Of a stretch of DNA of 64,000 nucleotides, positions 37,451 through 48,502 are shown piece after piece. Origin of the DNA: Gammaproteobacteria bacterium (GTDB lineage Bacteria > Pseudomonadota > Gammaproteobacteria > PS1 > Pseudothioglobaceae); assembly GCA_965206195.1 (NCBI GenBank), contig CBDBIZ010000006.1, positions 68,563 through 132,562 of the forward strand, in the 5' to 3' direction. Positions within the stretch are counted from its first letter, which is position 1. Each line of letters opens with the position of its first letter. The translations under genes and the position numbers were made by a program. The notes below the pieces were generated by a model that saw only the letters and a program-made list of their open reading frames with translations, was not told the origin of the DNA and ran no database searches.

Positions 37451-37630
37451 TAATTGTGGAACATGTCACGGGACTTTGCCTCATATGACGAGATTGTAGA
37501 TCATGTGATGAGATTGAGGGTCATGTGAAGAGATCGTGGGCCATGTGATGAGAATGTGGGTGGTGTGATGAGATTCTGGGTCATATGATGAGATTGTTGT
37601 TCATGTGATCAGTTTGTCATCAAAATAGTG
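37451..37630 (+). repeat. 20-bp minisatellite (attgtgggtcatgtgatgag)n, ~9 units, in the dynein pseudogene intron
   Basis: Read directly. It starts a few bases after the pe2 donor. Confidence 0.85.
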
Positions 37631-38670
37631 GTTACATTACTAGGCTGTGGGTAATGAGATGATGCTGTGAACCACATGATAAGTCTAAGTATCATGTGAA
37701 AACCTGGTGTGTCATTTTTGTCTGGCAACCCCAGCTCCCAAGTCCATCAAGAAGAAGCAGCTGGTTGAGGTGAATTCCCTAGCCATTCCTCCCATGATGG
37801 TGAGATGGCTATAGAGAGCATCTGTCTGCTGATCAGAGAACCAACCAAGGAATGTGAATCCATCTGCAGTATCCTCTGAATAAGAATTTTACCCTCACCA
37901 TAATCAAATTTTCCACTGAAAACGTCTCGTGAGGACATTGGATAGCTTCTGTATGAGTGTATCCGTTATGGGTACGATGTACCTTAATATATAGACATGA
38001 GGGGTGGATCTTCCCTTCTCCCCCCAAATCAAGATATAACAATTAACTGCACTCGCTCTCCTCTGGTGGAGTGACTGCACACCTTCATGTAGAATATATT
38101 CTATAGCATATCCTAATTACTGAGAAGTACAATCCACTAGCTGGAATAGGTCTAGAACTATGTTCCGACTCTTTCCTTACAGAATACTATCTAGAATGTG
38201 GGTTGTTGTTTTTTATTTATTAGTATTATTTATATAAATAAATTTTTTTTTAATTTAGTTATTATTAATATTATTATTATTTTAATAAGCAATTGAGGCA
38301 TCAATTTTATTAGGAATTTAATAACATTTTAGTGACCTTCATATTTTGGTGCTCACCTAATTTTTCAGTAAAAATTTTTCAATGCTTGAAAGGAGCCTTA
38401 TTCCACATTTGGTGCACCAATCTTCCCTTTGATTCTGGTTTTACATTAGTGCTTATAAGAAGTAGGAGGGATACCACTGGAAGGGGAAGGGGATTGGTTA
38501 TGGCGTGAATTGTATTGTAATCCCAATGAATTTACTCATGGTATGATCCATGCTTGTTTAATTTTGCTGTATAGTGATCCAGTTCTTGAGTTCATGAACA
38601 GGAAAAATTCTGTACGACCAAGTCTACAACTATGACAGTGTCAACAGTGCCAGCAAGGATTGTGGTCCTC

Positions 38671-38882
38671 TGGTGCTCTGGGCTATAGCTCAGGTAAGGA
38701 GTCATGGTGCTGTAGGCTATAGATGGGATAATGATTCATCTGGTGCTGTGGGCTATAGATCAGATAAGGGGTCCTTTGGTGTTGTGGGCTATAGCTCAGG
38801 TAAGGAGTCCTGGTACCGTGAGCTATAGCTCAGGTAAGGTTTCCTCTGATGCGGTGGGCCATAGTTTAGATCAGCGATCATC
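38671..38882 (+). repeat. ~36-bp minisatellite, 6 units, derived from the 3' end of dynein pseudo-exon 4 plus its splice donor
   Basis: Units take the form tggtgctNtgggctatagctcaggtaagg.... Unit 1 is the real exon end (..LVLWAIAQ|gtaagg). Three units keep caggtaagg. Confidence 0.85.
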
Positions 38883-41752
38883 ATCACAGTATCAAACTTG
38901 GTCTCATCCCCACATCTGCAGTGAAGTTGCAAGTGAAGATATCACCTATCATATTTTTTCAATAAGAATTTGTCAAAATGTTAATATGAGTGATACAATA
39001 ATGCGGGTGTGCTTTTTTGCATGCACATGGGTGCATGTGCTCTGATGAATTCAACTTCTTTCCCCAACTGATTAATTGGTGAAGATAAGAAATTTCCGAG
39101 CTAAATTATTGATATTGTTAATTGGTTAGAATTGTGCTATTAAATGTAATATTCTATAGTTCTGTTTCTGCTTCAGTTTGTGAGAAAGAAGTATAAAAGC
39201 TTAAAAAAAAAAAATGTTATATAATTCATCCACTGAGTGTTAAGCGCTTATTGTTGAATGGAAAATTGATAGAAAAATGAAGTATTTCATGAAATTACAC
39301 TCAAACTTCCTCCCATGCAGTTGAGCTGTGCAGACATGTTGAACCACGTGGACCCTCTCTGTAATGAACTGTAGGACCTGGAGACCAGGGCTGAGACCAC
39401 ACATATACAAGGAGAGGAGATTTACCAGATCATGTTGGATCTGGAGCAGAGCATCACGCAGTAAAAGGATGTGTATGCCATCCCCATCTCAAAGGCCAAC
39501 ACCATCAAGTCAGTCCTAGCTACCATGGAGTCCATGGTGGGCACTTCAACATAACTTAACTAATGCATGCACTGTGTAGGATATAATTTTTGCAGGGGTA
39601 TGTTAAGATTTGTGGTGTTATTAGTATGTGCTGTGATGAATTTTACTTCTTTCAGAACTGATGATTTGGTGAAGATTAGATATTATGAGAACTTTTATTT
39701 GAATGAAAAAAAACAATTTTTTATTAATATTTTAAAAATAAATTTATTTAGAATAAAACTGGCAAAATAATTTATTTTTTTAAATCTCTCTCTTCGAATC
39801 CAAGTTTTGGTGAGATTGCTGATTTCTCAACTCTGTTTTGTGTACAATCATGGTTTACATGCATATATATAATTAAATACCAAAAAACACAGGAGGAATC
39901 ATTACATTCTTACTCAGTATAGAAATTTGATCAACTAAGATGACACCTGTCTCCTACATCAGTGTTAGGATTAGGGAGACTTTAGATATTCCACCTGACT
40001 TCCTTCCCTTTCCTCTGGCTCTCTTGCGGTTCACTTTGCCGTAATCCTAGCTGAATGAGTTCTTTGATTTTTTAAATCTACCAAGGCATTTTTTACCTCA
40101 AATTAATTAGTGTCAGGTGGTCGATTTTGTGTAAATGTTAATAATCATTATGTTTTAATATCATATATTTTGACCTAACGATATTCGGTTTGAGGACATT
40201 TTGGACACTTGTGTCATCCAATACTTGTCCTACTCATTGTGTTAGAGTGGTGTGTGTGCGTACATGTATTATATACATATGTATTCATGCTTTGATGAGT
40301 TTTACTTTTTTCTCCAACTTATTTCTTGATGAAGATTATAAATATCTAAGCAGAATTATTGACTTTTTTCTTCCACTGTATATCTTCTAATAATGTATAA
40401 TAAAGATGCTATTCTCTGCCATCCCTGTCAAGTAGATCAGAGCAATGCTCTCCTGGCCAGCTTGGGAGATGAGAAGAAGAGGTGGAACAAAGGAAGCAAC
40501 ACCTTCAAGATCAAAATGTCAACTATCTGTGGTGACTTGCTTCTCATGTCTGTTTTCATGGCCTACAGAGGAATCTTGGACCAGAACTTCTGGTACACAC
40601 TGTTTCTGTCATGGGCAGATCATATGCAGCAGGCCAAGATTAAGTTCAGGTATGATCTGGCTTGGGTTGAGATAAATAGATATTGAAGTGTTACATTAGT
40701 ATGCTTTTCCACGGCTGTTATACAATTTTGGTGGAGTCTTAATTATTACGAACTGATAAAATGTTATCGTAAGTAAGTAAAATAGCAATAAATTTTGGCA
40801 TACTTCTGTCAAAATGCATATAACTGTTTCATCAAATTTTTTCTAAAGTTTAAAATATTGTAGGAAAATGTATTAAACATTTATTCTAAGACACTTTCAT
40901 GGTGTGAAATGATGCATGGGATGAAGAGAGAAGTATGATCAGATGGATTTTATTTCAATGCTACTAAAACTTGCTTTGCCTTCAATTTCTAGAAGTGTTT
41001 AAATTAAATTTACAGTTATTTTTTTTTTGAACATTAAACACAGTTGTCATAAATAATCAATTAAACACAAATAATAATTAGTCAAACATATTAATGGCAT
41101 ATCAAGCAAATAATAACTCATCAAACACGCAAGATGTGAGTAATCAATGATTTTCTGTGATTCTTCTTCTCTCAAATTAACTGAACTTTCCTCACTCGAT
41201 TCTACTTGCTATATCTGTCCAATGCTGATGAGTGTCTCAGATGGTAGGTCAACTATCTGCCCTACAACGACCTGTGCATGGAGAATGCCATTATGATTTA
41301 GTGATTCAACCGCTAACCCTCATCATAGACCCCGTCAGTCCACAGATTTCCTGCTCAACGAGTATGGAGGCCCCAAAATTGCCAAGAAGAGGTGGGCTTG
41401 GCTACACTGCAAATGACAGAAATTTAAAGAATTTATTTTTTCCACTTTCTTTCGTCTAGCTTCTTAGATGATGCTTTCAGGAAGAACCACAAGAGTGCAT
41501 TGCGTTTTGGTAAACCTCTTCCTGTTCAGGTAAGGCTTTGTGCGAAATATTTATTTATCAACATATTGTTTGTACCAAGGTTTCAATATAATGTTATGCA
41601 TTTTAAACAATATTAAGGATGTTGCAAGTCATGAACCCATCGTGAACCCTGTTCTGAACAGTGAGGTGAGGCATACTAGGGGCGGCATGTCCTCATCTCT
41701 CTTATTGACCATGACATAGATAAATCGCCTTGTTTCACCATCTTTCTCTCCT

Positions 41753-42207
41753 CAAGCTGTACCATGAGAAGAGGAGTGACCTGGAGGAGCAGCAGTTCCA
41801 TCTCAACATGGGTCTGCAGAATATCAGGGAGACTGAGCAACAGGTGGTCAAGCTGCAGTCTTCTCTCTCCATCAAGAAGAACGAGTTGAAACAGAGGAAC
41901 ACTCAAGCCAATCAGAAACTCATGCAGCTGTTGAGCTACTGCCATTCTGAAAGATCTGCTACATTGAGGTTAAATAGAAAAAATTAAGAAAATATTCTCA
42001 GTCCATTTTTAATTGTTGATTTCCAAAAAAAATTTATTTGTTTATTTATTTTGATATTGTTGTATTTTTTTTTGTTGTTTGGTTGCTATTTTTGTAGATG
42101 TAAGATCAGCAAGAGGTGAAGAAGAAGCAACTGATATCTCTGGTCATCCAGGAAGAACTGGATGTGCAGAACAAGGACATCTCTGTGAAGAAGAAATGCC
42201 CAGCAAG
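41753..42207 (+). pseudogene. Second, older partial copy (B) of dynein pseudo-exons 1-2
   Basis: It reads [59 protein letters not shown], then the same intron (gtgagctactgccattctgaaag..). A pe2-like exon ends at CAAG|GTGAGGGCAGTG. It is clearly more diverged from copy A than the two palindrome arms are from each other. Confidence 0.75.
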
Positions 42208-42221
42208 GTGAGGGCAGTGAT

Positions 42222-42360
42222 GACATTGTGGGTCATGTGATGAGATTGTGGTTCATGTGATGAAATTATGGTTCATGTGATGAGATGTGGATCATGTAAT
42301 CAGATAATGGATCATGTGATCAGATTGCAGGTCATGTGTTAAATTGTGTATCATGTGAGA
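42222..42360 (+). repeat. The same 20-bp minisatellite in dynein copy B, ~7 units
   Basis: Read directly. It lies directly after the pe2-like donor. Confidence 0.8.
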
Positions 42361-42751
42361 TTAAAATAATTTCACTATTCATCAGTTACTACATAGTTAA
42401 CTGTGTATTCAGATGAGCTTTCTGGAGGAAGTTTTGTTTAAAAAAAAAAGTACACAGAAGTTCAAAGGACACTTAATTCTGAGAGCTGCATTCATCATAG
42501 TTACTTAGAAATAGGGTAATAACTTACCCACCCACCTCTCTTTTGTATGCCAGTAAAGAATTATAACCCAGATGACTACAAAAGGACAAATGACAGCAGG
42601 TTTATTCATAATATTAACTTTAGAAATGCCCCACAAGTCCCCCCAAACATTAAGCAAACTGAATAAGTTAGTAACTCCAGGAAGCCCATGGTCAACCGAC
42701 AAAATTTTTTTAGAATGGGTGGGTGAGGTTTATTGCAAGTATGATAAGTTC

Positions 42752-43128
42752 CTTTGCCCGCCCTCTTTTCCCTCCCTTCTCTTCTACCTCCCTCTCTCTC
42801 CTCCCTCCCTCTCTCCCTTCTCTATCTCTCCTTCCTCCACCTGTCTCTTCCCTCCCTCACCTCCTTCTTTCTCTCTCCTTCCTCCCACTCTCACCTCCCT
42901 CCCTCCCTCCCTCCTTCCCTGTTCTCCTCCCTCCCTCTCTTCTCTCCCTCTTTAGCCTTCCCTCCATTCTCTCTCCTCCAACTTTTCCCCTCCCTCTTCA
43001 TCCATCTCCCCCCTTTCACTTTATTTCTCTCTCCCCCCTTCCTCTCCCTCTCTCTCCCTCCCTACCTCCCTCTTCCTTCTCCTTCCTCCCTCACTCCTCC
43101 TTGTCAGCCCCTACCTGTCCCCTCCCCA
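42752..43128 (+). repeat. ~375-nt almost pure C/T (polypyrimidine) tract
   Basis: Read directly. It produces overlapping P/S/L-rich ORFs in all three + frames. It ends at the CATGCAG acceptor of the dynein pseudo-exon at 43138. Confidence 0.9.
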
Positions 43129-43137
43129 CTCATGCAG

Positions 43138-43278
43138 GATCATCACTCAACTGGATAACTTAAAGAAGGAGGCAGCCGAGGAGCAGAGGGTGTATCATGC
43201 TATTATCATATGTATGAGAGGTGCCCCAAAGAGGACGCTCCTATCACCAATTGATCCAACCTTACATAAATAAATTAG
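43138..43278 (+). pseudogene. Further dynein heavy chain pseudo-exon
   Basis: It follows a CATGCAG acceptor. IITQLDNLKKEAAEEQRV resembles DYNC1H1 [20 protein letters not shown], a segment downstream of the pe9 region. The rest of the exon shows only weak similarity. Confidence 0.45.
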
Positions 43279-44965
43279 GTGAGCCAAGTTGCAAATTATT
43301 TTCTTGATAACAGCAGATTAATCACTCATGATGGGAATATATGTGAATTTGGATGGATATTTTATTTCACCCCCACCACCCCACCTCCCCCCCCCACATG
43401 TACTGGTAGTTCTCATTTTGTTCCACCTGGGCTATTAAAATTTGTAGCTTGTGGTAATTTTGCTTGAATTGCCTGCTTCAGTTACAGTTATTCATTCAAG
43501 TACCTAGGATTCTTCCTTACCTCATTCTGTGATAAAAATAGTGGAAATCCAAATGCAACATATCTCAAGGATAGCTCTTTGATTAAAATGAGCATAAGCA
43601 ATGTTAGCTACCTCCAGTGGAACAAGATACTTGCCTCTTACTTCAAACGCACTTCAGATTACTAACTAAAAACAATTAGGTTAAAGGATATGTCTCATTG
43701 TCATATGCAACCAAAAATTTAGTGTTTAACATTTTGCAATTTTTATTATCCTCTTATATTTAAACCATATTTCAGTTCGTAAATGCATGTATATGTATTT
43801 ATGTAAATGTGTTAGCTAAAATACCCATACTCTTGGACCAAGAGGAAAAAAAATTCAGGGTTCCATTTCGCACACTAGGGATGGTTTAAATCTGAATTAT
43901 TTGGACACCATAACTCCTGGCAGGAAAGAAAGGGAATTAAATTTTTTTCATCAAAGTAAGCCTGAAAATTGGTAATTAATGCTCACAGTCTTCTGTGGAA
44001 TGATAAAACAACAAAAACCTATAAAAAGGGTACTCCAATAGTTCACGCATATATCACAAAGCATGGAATTCTGGGTTCTGGGCATTTTTTCCCTTTTCTT
44101 TCCTTTCTTTCCTCTTCCTTCTTTTCTTTTTGTCCTTCAATTCTTTTTTTCTTAAATCCTTTCTTTTTCCCTTCCTCCATTTTTCATTCCTGCCTTTTCC
44201 CTACATTTCCCCTTTGTTTATGCTAACTTTATTTGTATTTACTAGGCAAACTAATTACACGAAAACTTATAACACAATTAAATTTCAAAGTGTTGGTAAT
44301 CTATCTATAAGCACTATATCATTCCTCCGAAACATTCTGACCTTTCTGAAAATTTAATGGGAATGTTGCATGCATACTTATGAGCTGCTTTTGTTTGTAC
44401 AAAGTAAAAGGTGTATAAATGGTTTTTGAATGGCTTCTATGTTTTCTTTTACATTTGCCCAGGCAACGCGGAGTAGATACTGCTAGTGGTATATGAATTG
44501 TGTTGTTAAACATAATTAAATGATCAAACTACATGTATATATTTATTCTGGGCATTATATTATTTCCATTTCTATCATAGTAACTTGGAACAATGCTTTA
44601 GCATGGGTAAAAATGCTGGGTTTTTTTTTTTGTTTTTTTTTTGCAATACAATGATACCTTTTTGAGATAAACATTAAAGAAAATGCTCAATGATGACAAA
44701 GTGTCATCAAGCAATTTATATTAACCATACCTATAGAACTAAAAACCACCCCAATAAATCAGTTTTACCCTATTGCAAGGTCCACCCCAATGGCGGCGGT
44801 CTATAACCATTGAGCCTTGATTTTATAGGCTTTTTTGGATATAAAAATTAGATGGATTAATTTTCCCCATTAAAGTTACTTTGGTGGAGAAAGAATGAAA
44901 AGAAGGAAGGAAAAATAGGGGAAAGTAGGGAGGGGAAGTAGGAAGAAAAATGGGAATAAAGAAGG

Positions 44966-45024
44966 CTAGGGCTAGGTCTAGGCTAGGGATAGGGCTAAGG
45001 CTAGGGCTAGGGCTAGGGCTAGGG
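44966..45024 (+). repeat. (CTAGGG)n with variant units, ~10 units
   Basis: It reads ctagggctaggtctaggctagggatagggctaaggctagggctagggctagggctaggg. Confidence 0.85.
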
Positions 45025-45599
45025 TTTTGTTGCTGGATGAGGATTTTACCCTTGCCAAGGTCAGTCTTAAACCTCTGGACGTTCCTGGACCTAAGATTAA
45101 TCTGTGAAGACAAGGCTGTCAAATACTATAGTTAATTTATGGTAATTTCAATTTAGCTAATGTAATTCAAGTAGTGGCTTATTTATAGTAAATTATCTAT
45201 GATACTAGTCCAATGGAGCAGTTAGCTATAAGATTTTGAGAAAAACTTTAATAGAAAACTGTATGAGCGACGTTTCTGTCTTTGGATGACTTGCTTCAGG
45301 CTCTGGACTAGTGTTTGTGCGCTGCATGGCTTATATAGTGAGTATGGTGTGGTGTAGTGGCATGACATGATTGGATGAAATGGTGAACAGGTGCGTATGG
45401 AGGGAGAAGTGTCTAGAGTATGGCGGGAAAAAGAGAGAAGTTGACAAAAAATTAATAGTGAAAAAGATATTAAAAGTGCGCACAAAAATATAAGCGAATG
45501 TTTTGGATCCGTAGTACTGACGACCGTCGGGCAACAAATAAAAAATATTAAACAAAAACCGATAAACAAAGTCTGGTTCGGAACAGGGGGGGAATGCCA

Positions 45600-46141
45600 A
45601 CCGCAGATCTAGCAGACAGTAGAGGACACCAACAGCGAGGCCAGTTTTTTTGCTCTTAGTAAAAGCAATGGTGCTGACGAATGGCCAGTCTGCGCGCACT
45701 GCCATGGCTTGTCGGATAAGTTGGGGTGGAAATGCCGGATGGTATGGGCAGATCAGCCGTATAACATCTTGATATAGGTTTGCCTTGGTAGTGTTGGACC
45801 TCAGCTTATGTCCCTGAGGCTGTAGGGATATCCCCTGGCTACAGCGCGGAGGAGCTTCCCAGGGTAGCCTCTCTCCCTGAGGTGGGTCAGTAGCAAGTGG
45901 ACATGCTTGACGTAGTTAGAAGGGCAACTGGAGAGCCTCAGGAGCCTAGTGAGCTCCCCTTTGATCAGGCCTGTCTGCACATGGGGTGGATGAGAGGAAG
46001 AGAAATGTAAATATGAAAAAGTGTTGTCAGCTTGCAATGTGGTTGTAGGTCCAGGATACCAGAGGATTGGAACCTGGGACCTTTGTAGATGTTAATGTCC
46101 AAGAAGTCTATAGAGTGCATGTTGTATTGTAGGGTTGTAGG
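45600..46141 (-). mobile_element. Truncated, frameshifted retroelement fragment, tentatively Penelope-like (RT C-terminal/linker region)
   Basis: The minus strand gives TTLQYNMHSIDFLDINIYKGPRFQ.., a frameshift, then ADNTFSYLHFSSSHPPHVQTGLIKGELTRLLRLSS..LRERGYPGKLL, and then ..RLICPYHPAFPPQLIRQ..AFTKSKKTGLAVGVL. These resemble the FLDv.i.k / YLh..S.HP / RGYp / YHP motifs that I recall downstream of the RT in GIY-YIG-type elements. The fragment is GC- and CpG-rich compared with its flanks. Confidence 0.5.
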
Positions 46142-46554
46142 TTCATGAAATACTTCATTTTTCTATCAATTTTCCATTCAACAATAAGCGCTTAACATTC
46201 AGTGGATGACTTATATAACATTTATGTTTTTCTTAAGCTTTTATACTTCTCTCTCACAAACTGAAGCAGAAACAGAACTATAGAATATTACATTTAATAG
46301 CACAATTCTAACCAATTAACAATATCAATAATTTAGCTCGGAAATTTCTTATCTTCACCAATTAATCAGTTGGGGAAAGAAGTTGAATTCATCAGAGCAC
46401 ATGCACCCATGTGCATGCAAAAAAGCACACCCGCATTATTGTATCACTCATATTAACATTTTGACAAATTCTTATTGAAAAAATATGATAGGTGATATCT
46501 TCACTTGCAACTTCACTGCAGATGTGGGGATGAGACCAAGTTTGATACTGTGAT

Positions 46555-46766
46555 GATGATCGCTGATCTAAACTATGGCCCACCGCATCAGAGGAAACCT
46601 TACCTGAGCTATAGCTCACGGTACCAGGACTCCTTACCTGAGCTATAGCCCACAACACCAAAGGACCCCTTATCTGATCTATAGCCCACAGCACCAGATG
46701 AATCATTATCCCATCTATAGCCTACAGCACCATGACTCCTTACCTGAGCTATAGCCCAGAGCACCA
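46555..46766 (-). repeat. Right-arm mirror of the exon-end minisatellite
   Basis: It mirrors 38671-38882. ORF 46392-46706 (minus strand) is identical to 38731-39045. Confidence 0.85.
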
Positions 46767-48502
46767 GAGGACCACAATCCTTGCTGGCACTGTTGACACT
46801 GTCATAGTTGTAGACTTGGTCGTACAGAATTTTTCCTGTTCATGAACTCAAGAACTGGATCACTATACAGCAAAATGAAACAAGCATGGATCATACCATG
46901 AGTAAATTCATTGGGATTACAATACAATTCACGCCATAACCAATCCCCTTCCCCTTCCAGTGGTATCCCTCCTACTTCTTATAAGCACTAATGTAAAACC
47001 AGAATCAAAGGGAAGATTGGTGCACCAAATGTGGAATAAGGCTCCTTTCAAGCATTGAAAAATTTTTACTGAAAAATTAGGTGAGCACCAAAATATGAAG
47101 GTCACTAAAATGTTATTAAATTCCTAATAAAATTGATGCCTCAATTGCTTATTAAAATAATAATAATATTAATAATAACTAAATTAAAAAAAAATTTATT
47201 TATATAAATAATACTAATAAATAAAAAACAACAACCCACATTCTAGATAGTATTCTGTAAGGAAAGAGTCGGAACATAGTTCTAGACCTATTCCAGCTAG
47301 TGGATTGTACTTCTCAGTAATTAGGATATGCTATAGAATATATTCTACATGAAGGTGTGCAGTCACTCCACCAGAGGAGAGCGAGTGCAGTTAATTGTTA
47401 TATCTTGATTTGGGGGGAGAAGGGAAGATCCACCCCTCATGTCTATATATTAAGGTACATCGTAACCATAACGGATACACTCATACAGAAGCTATCCAAT
47501 GTCCTCACGAGACGTTTTCAGTGGAAAATTTGATTATGGTGAGGGTAAAATTCTTATTCAGAGGATACTGCAGATGGATTCACATTCCTTGGTTGGTTCT
47601 CTGATCAGCAGACAGATGCTCTCTATAGCCATCTCACCATCATGGGAGGAATGGCTAGGGAATTCACCTCAACCAGCTGCTTCTTCTTGATGGACTTGGG
47701 AGCTGGGGTTGCCAGACAAAAATGACACACCAGGTTTTCACATGATACTTAGACTTATCATGTGGTTCACAGCATCATCTCATTACCCACAGCCTAGTAA
47801 TGTAACCACTATTTTGATGACAAACTGATCACATGAACAACAATCTCATCATATGACCCAGAATCTCATCACACCACCCACATTCTCATCACATGGCCCA
47901 CGATCTCTTCACATGACCCTCAATCTCATCACATGATCTACAATCTCGTCATATGAGGCAAAGTCCCGTGACATGTTCCACAATTACAGCACTGCCCTCA
48001 CCTTGCTTTGCATCTCTGACAGTAGGTTTGATCTTGGCCTGGTCCACCAAAACATGTTTCTTCTTCACAGAGATGTCCTTGTTCTGCACCTCCAGTCCTC
48101 CTAGATGACCTGGGAGGTCAGTTGCTTCTTTTCTGCCTCATGCTTATGTTTGACCTACAAAGATAGTAACCAAACAACAATAAAAAACTACAACAATAAA
48201 CAAATGAATAAACAAATAAATTCTTTAAAAAATCAGCAATTATAAATAGACTGAGAATATTTTCTAAATATTTTCTATTTGAACTCATATGTAGCTAATC
48301 TTTCAGAATGGCAGTAGCTCACCATCTGCCTGAGTGTCTGGTTGTCTAGAGCATTCTTCTGCTCCAACTCATTCTTCTTGATTGAGTGAATGGACTACAG
48401 CTTGTTCACCCGTTCAACAGTCTCCCTGAACTTCTGCAGACCCACGTTGAGATGGAGCTGCTGCTCTTCTAGGTCACTCCTCTTTACATGGTAGAGCTTG
48501 AC
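46744..48502 (-). pseudogene. Right-arm mirror copy (A') of dynein pseudo-exons 1-4
   Basis: It mirrors 36935-38693 (coordinates sum to 85437). The first base of pe1 was confirmed at 48502 by reading. Confidence 0.8.
47807..47986 (-). repeat. Right-arm mirror of the 20-bp minisatellite
   Basis: It mirrors 37451-37630. Confidence 0.85.

Larger units (their letters stand above)
36935..41752 (+). pseudogene. Unprocessed pseudogene of the cytoplasmic dynein 1 heavy chain (stalk/MTBD to AAA5 segment), copy A, nine pseudo-exons
   Basis: pe1 36935-37114 reads [50 protein letters not shown], with TAG at 37040-37042. pe2 37283-37435 has a stop and a frameshift. pe3 (~37735-37950) reads SIKKKQLVEVNSLAIPP.. 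with several stops and shifts. pe4 38602-38693 reads ..SASKDCGPLVLWAIAQ. pe5 39321-39536 reads LSCADMLNHVDPLCNEL*DLE.. and has 2 stops. pe6 (~40432-40649) reads VDQSNALLASLGDEKKRWNKGSNTFKIKMSTICGDLLLMSVFMAYRGILDQ.. and is open. pe7 (~41190-41391) reads LSNADECLRW*..DLCMENAIMI. pe8 41460-41529 reads [23 protein letters not shown]. pe9 41618-41752 reads DVASHEPIVNPVLNSEVRHTRGG..IDHDIDKSPCFTIFLS. The order matches remembered human DYNC1H1 (KRSELEEQQMHLNVGL...CGPMVKWAIAQLNYADML...[22 protein letters not shown]...[40 protein letters not shown]...DLSPSFVIFLS). Confidence 0.8.
39294..46141. other. Non-palindromic spacer (6,848 bp) between the arms
   Basis: It has no mirror partner. It contains dynein pseudo-exons 5-9 colinear with the left arm, partial dynein copy B, a CT-rich tract, a (CTAGGG)n array and the retroelement fragment. 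Confidence 0.9.

Noticed and set aside
37451-38882. Regularly spaced tandem repeats (20-bp and 36-bp units) as a possible CRISPR-like array.
   Set aside because: The units are contiguous with no unique spacers. The context is eukaryotic intronic sequence, so these are minisatellites.
42572-43163. Three overlapping P/S/L-rich ORFs (127-146 aa) that might suggest a proline-rich protein.
   Set aside because: All three frames are open only because the region is a stop-free C/T tract. This is low-complexity sequence, not coding.
44966-45024. The (CTAGGG)n array as a true telomere or chromosome end.
   Set aside because: The array is short, interstitial and variant-rich, with unique sequence on both sides, and it is not the canonical TTAGGG.
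39294-46141. The palindrome as a simple fold-back (missed-adapter or chimeric) long-read artefact.
   Set aside because: Such artefacts give a perfect hairpin with essentially no spacer. Here there is a 6.85-kb asymmetric spacer, arm-specific 174-bp and 2,732-bp indels and scattered substitutions. A haplotig misjoin is not rejected and is listed as the main alternative.
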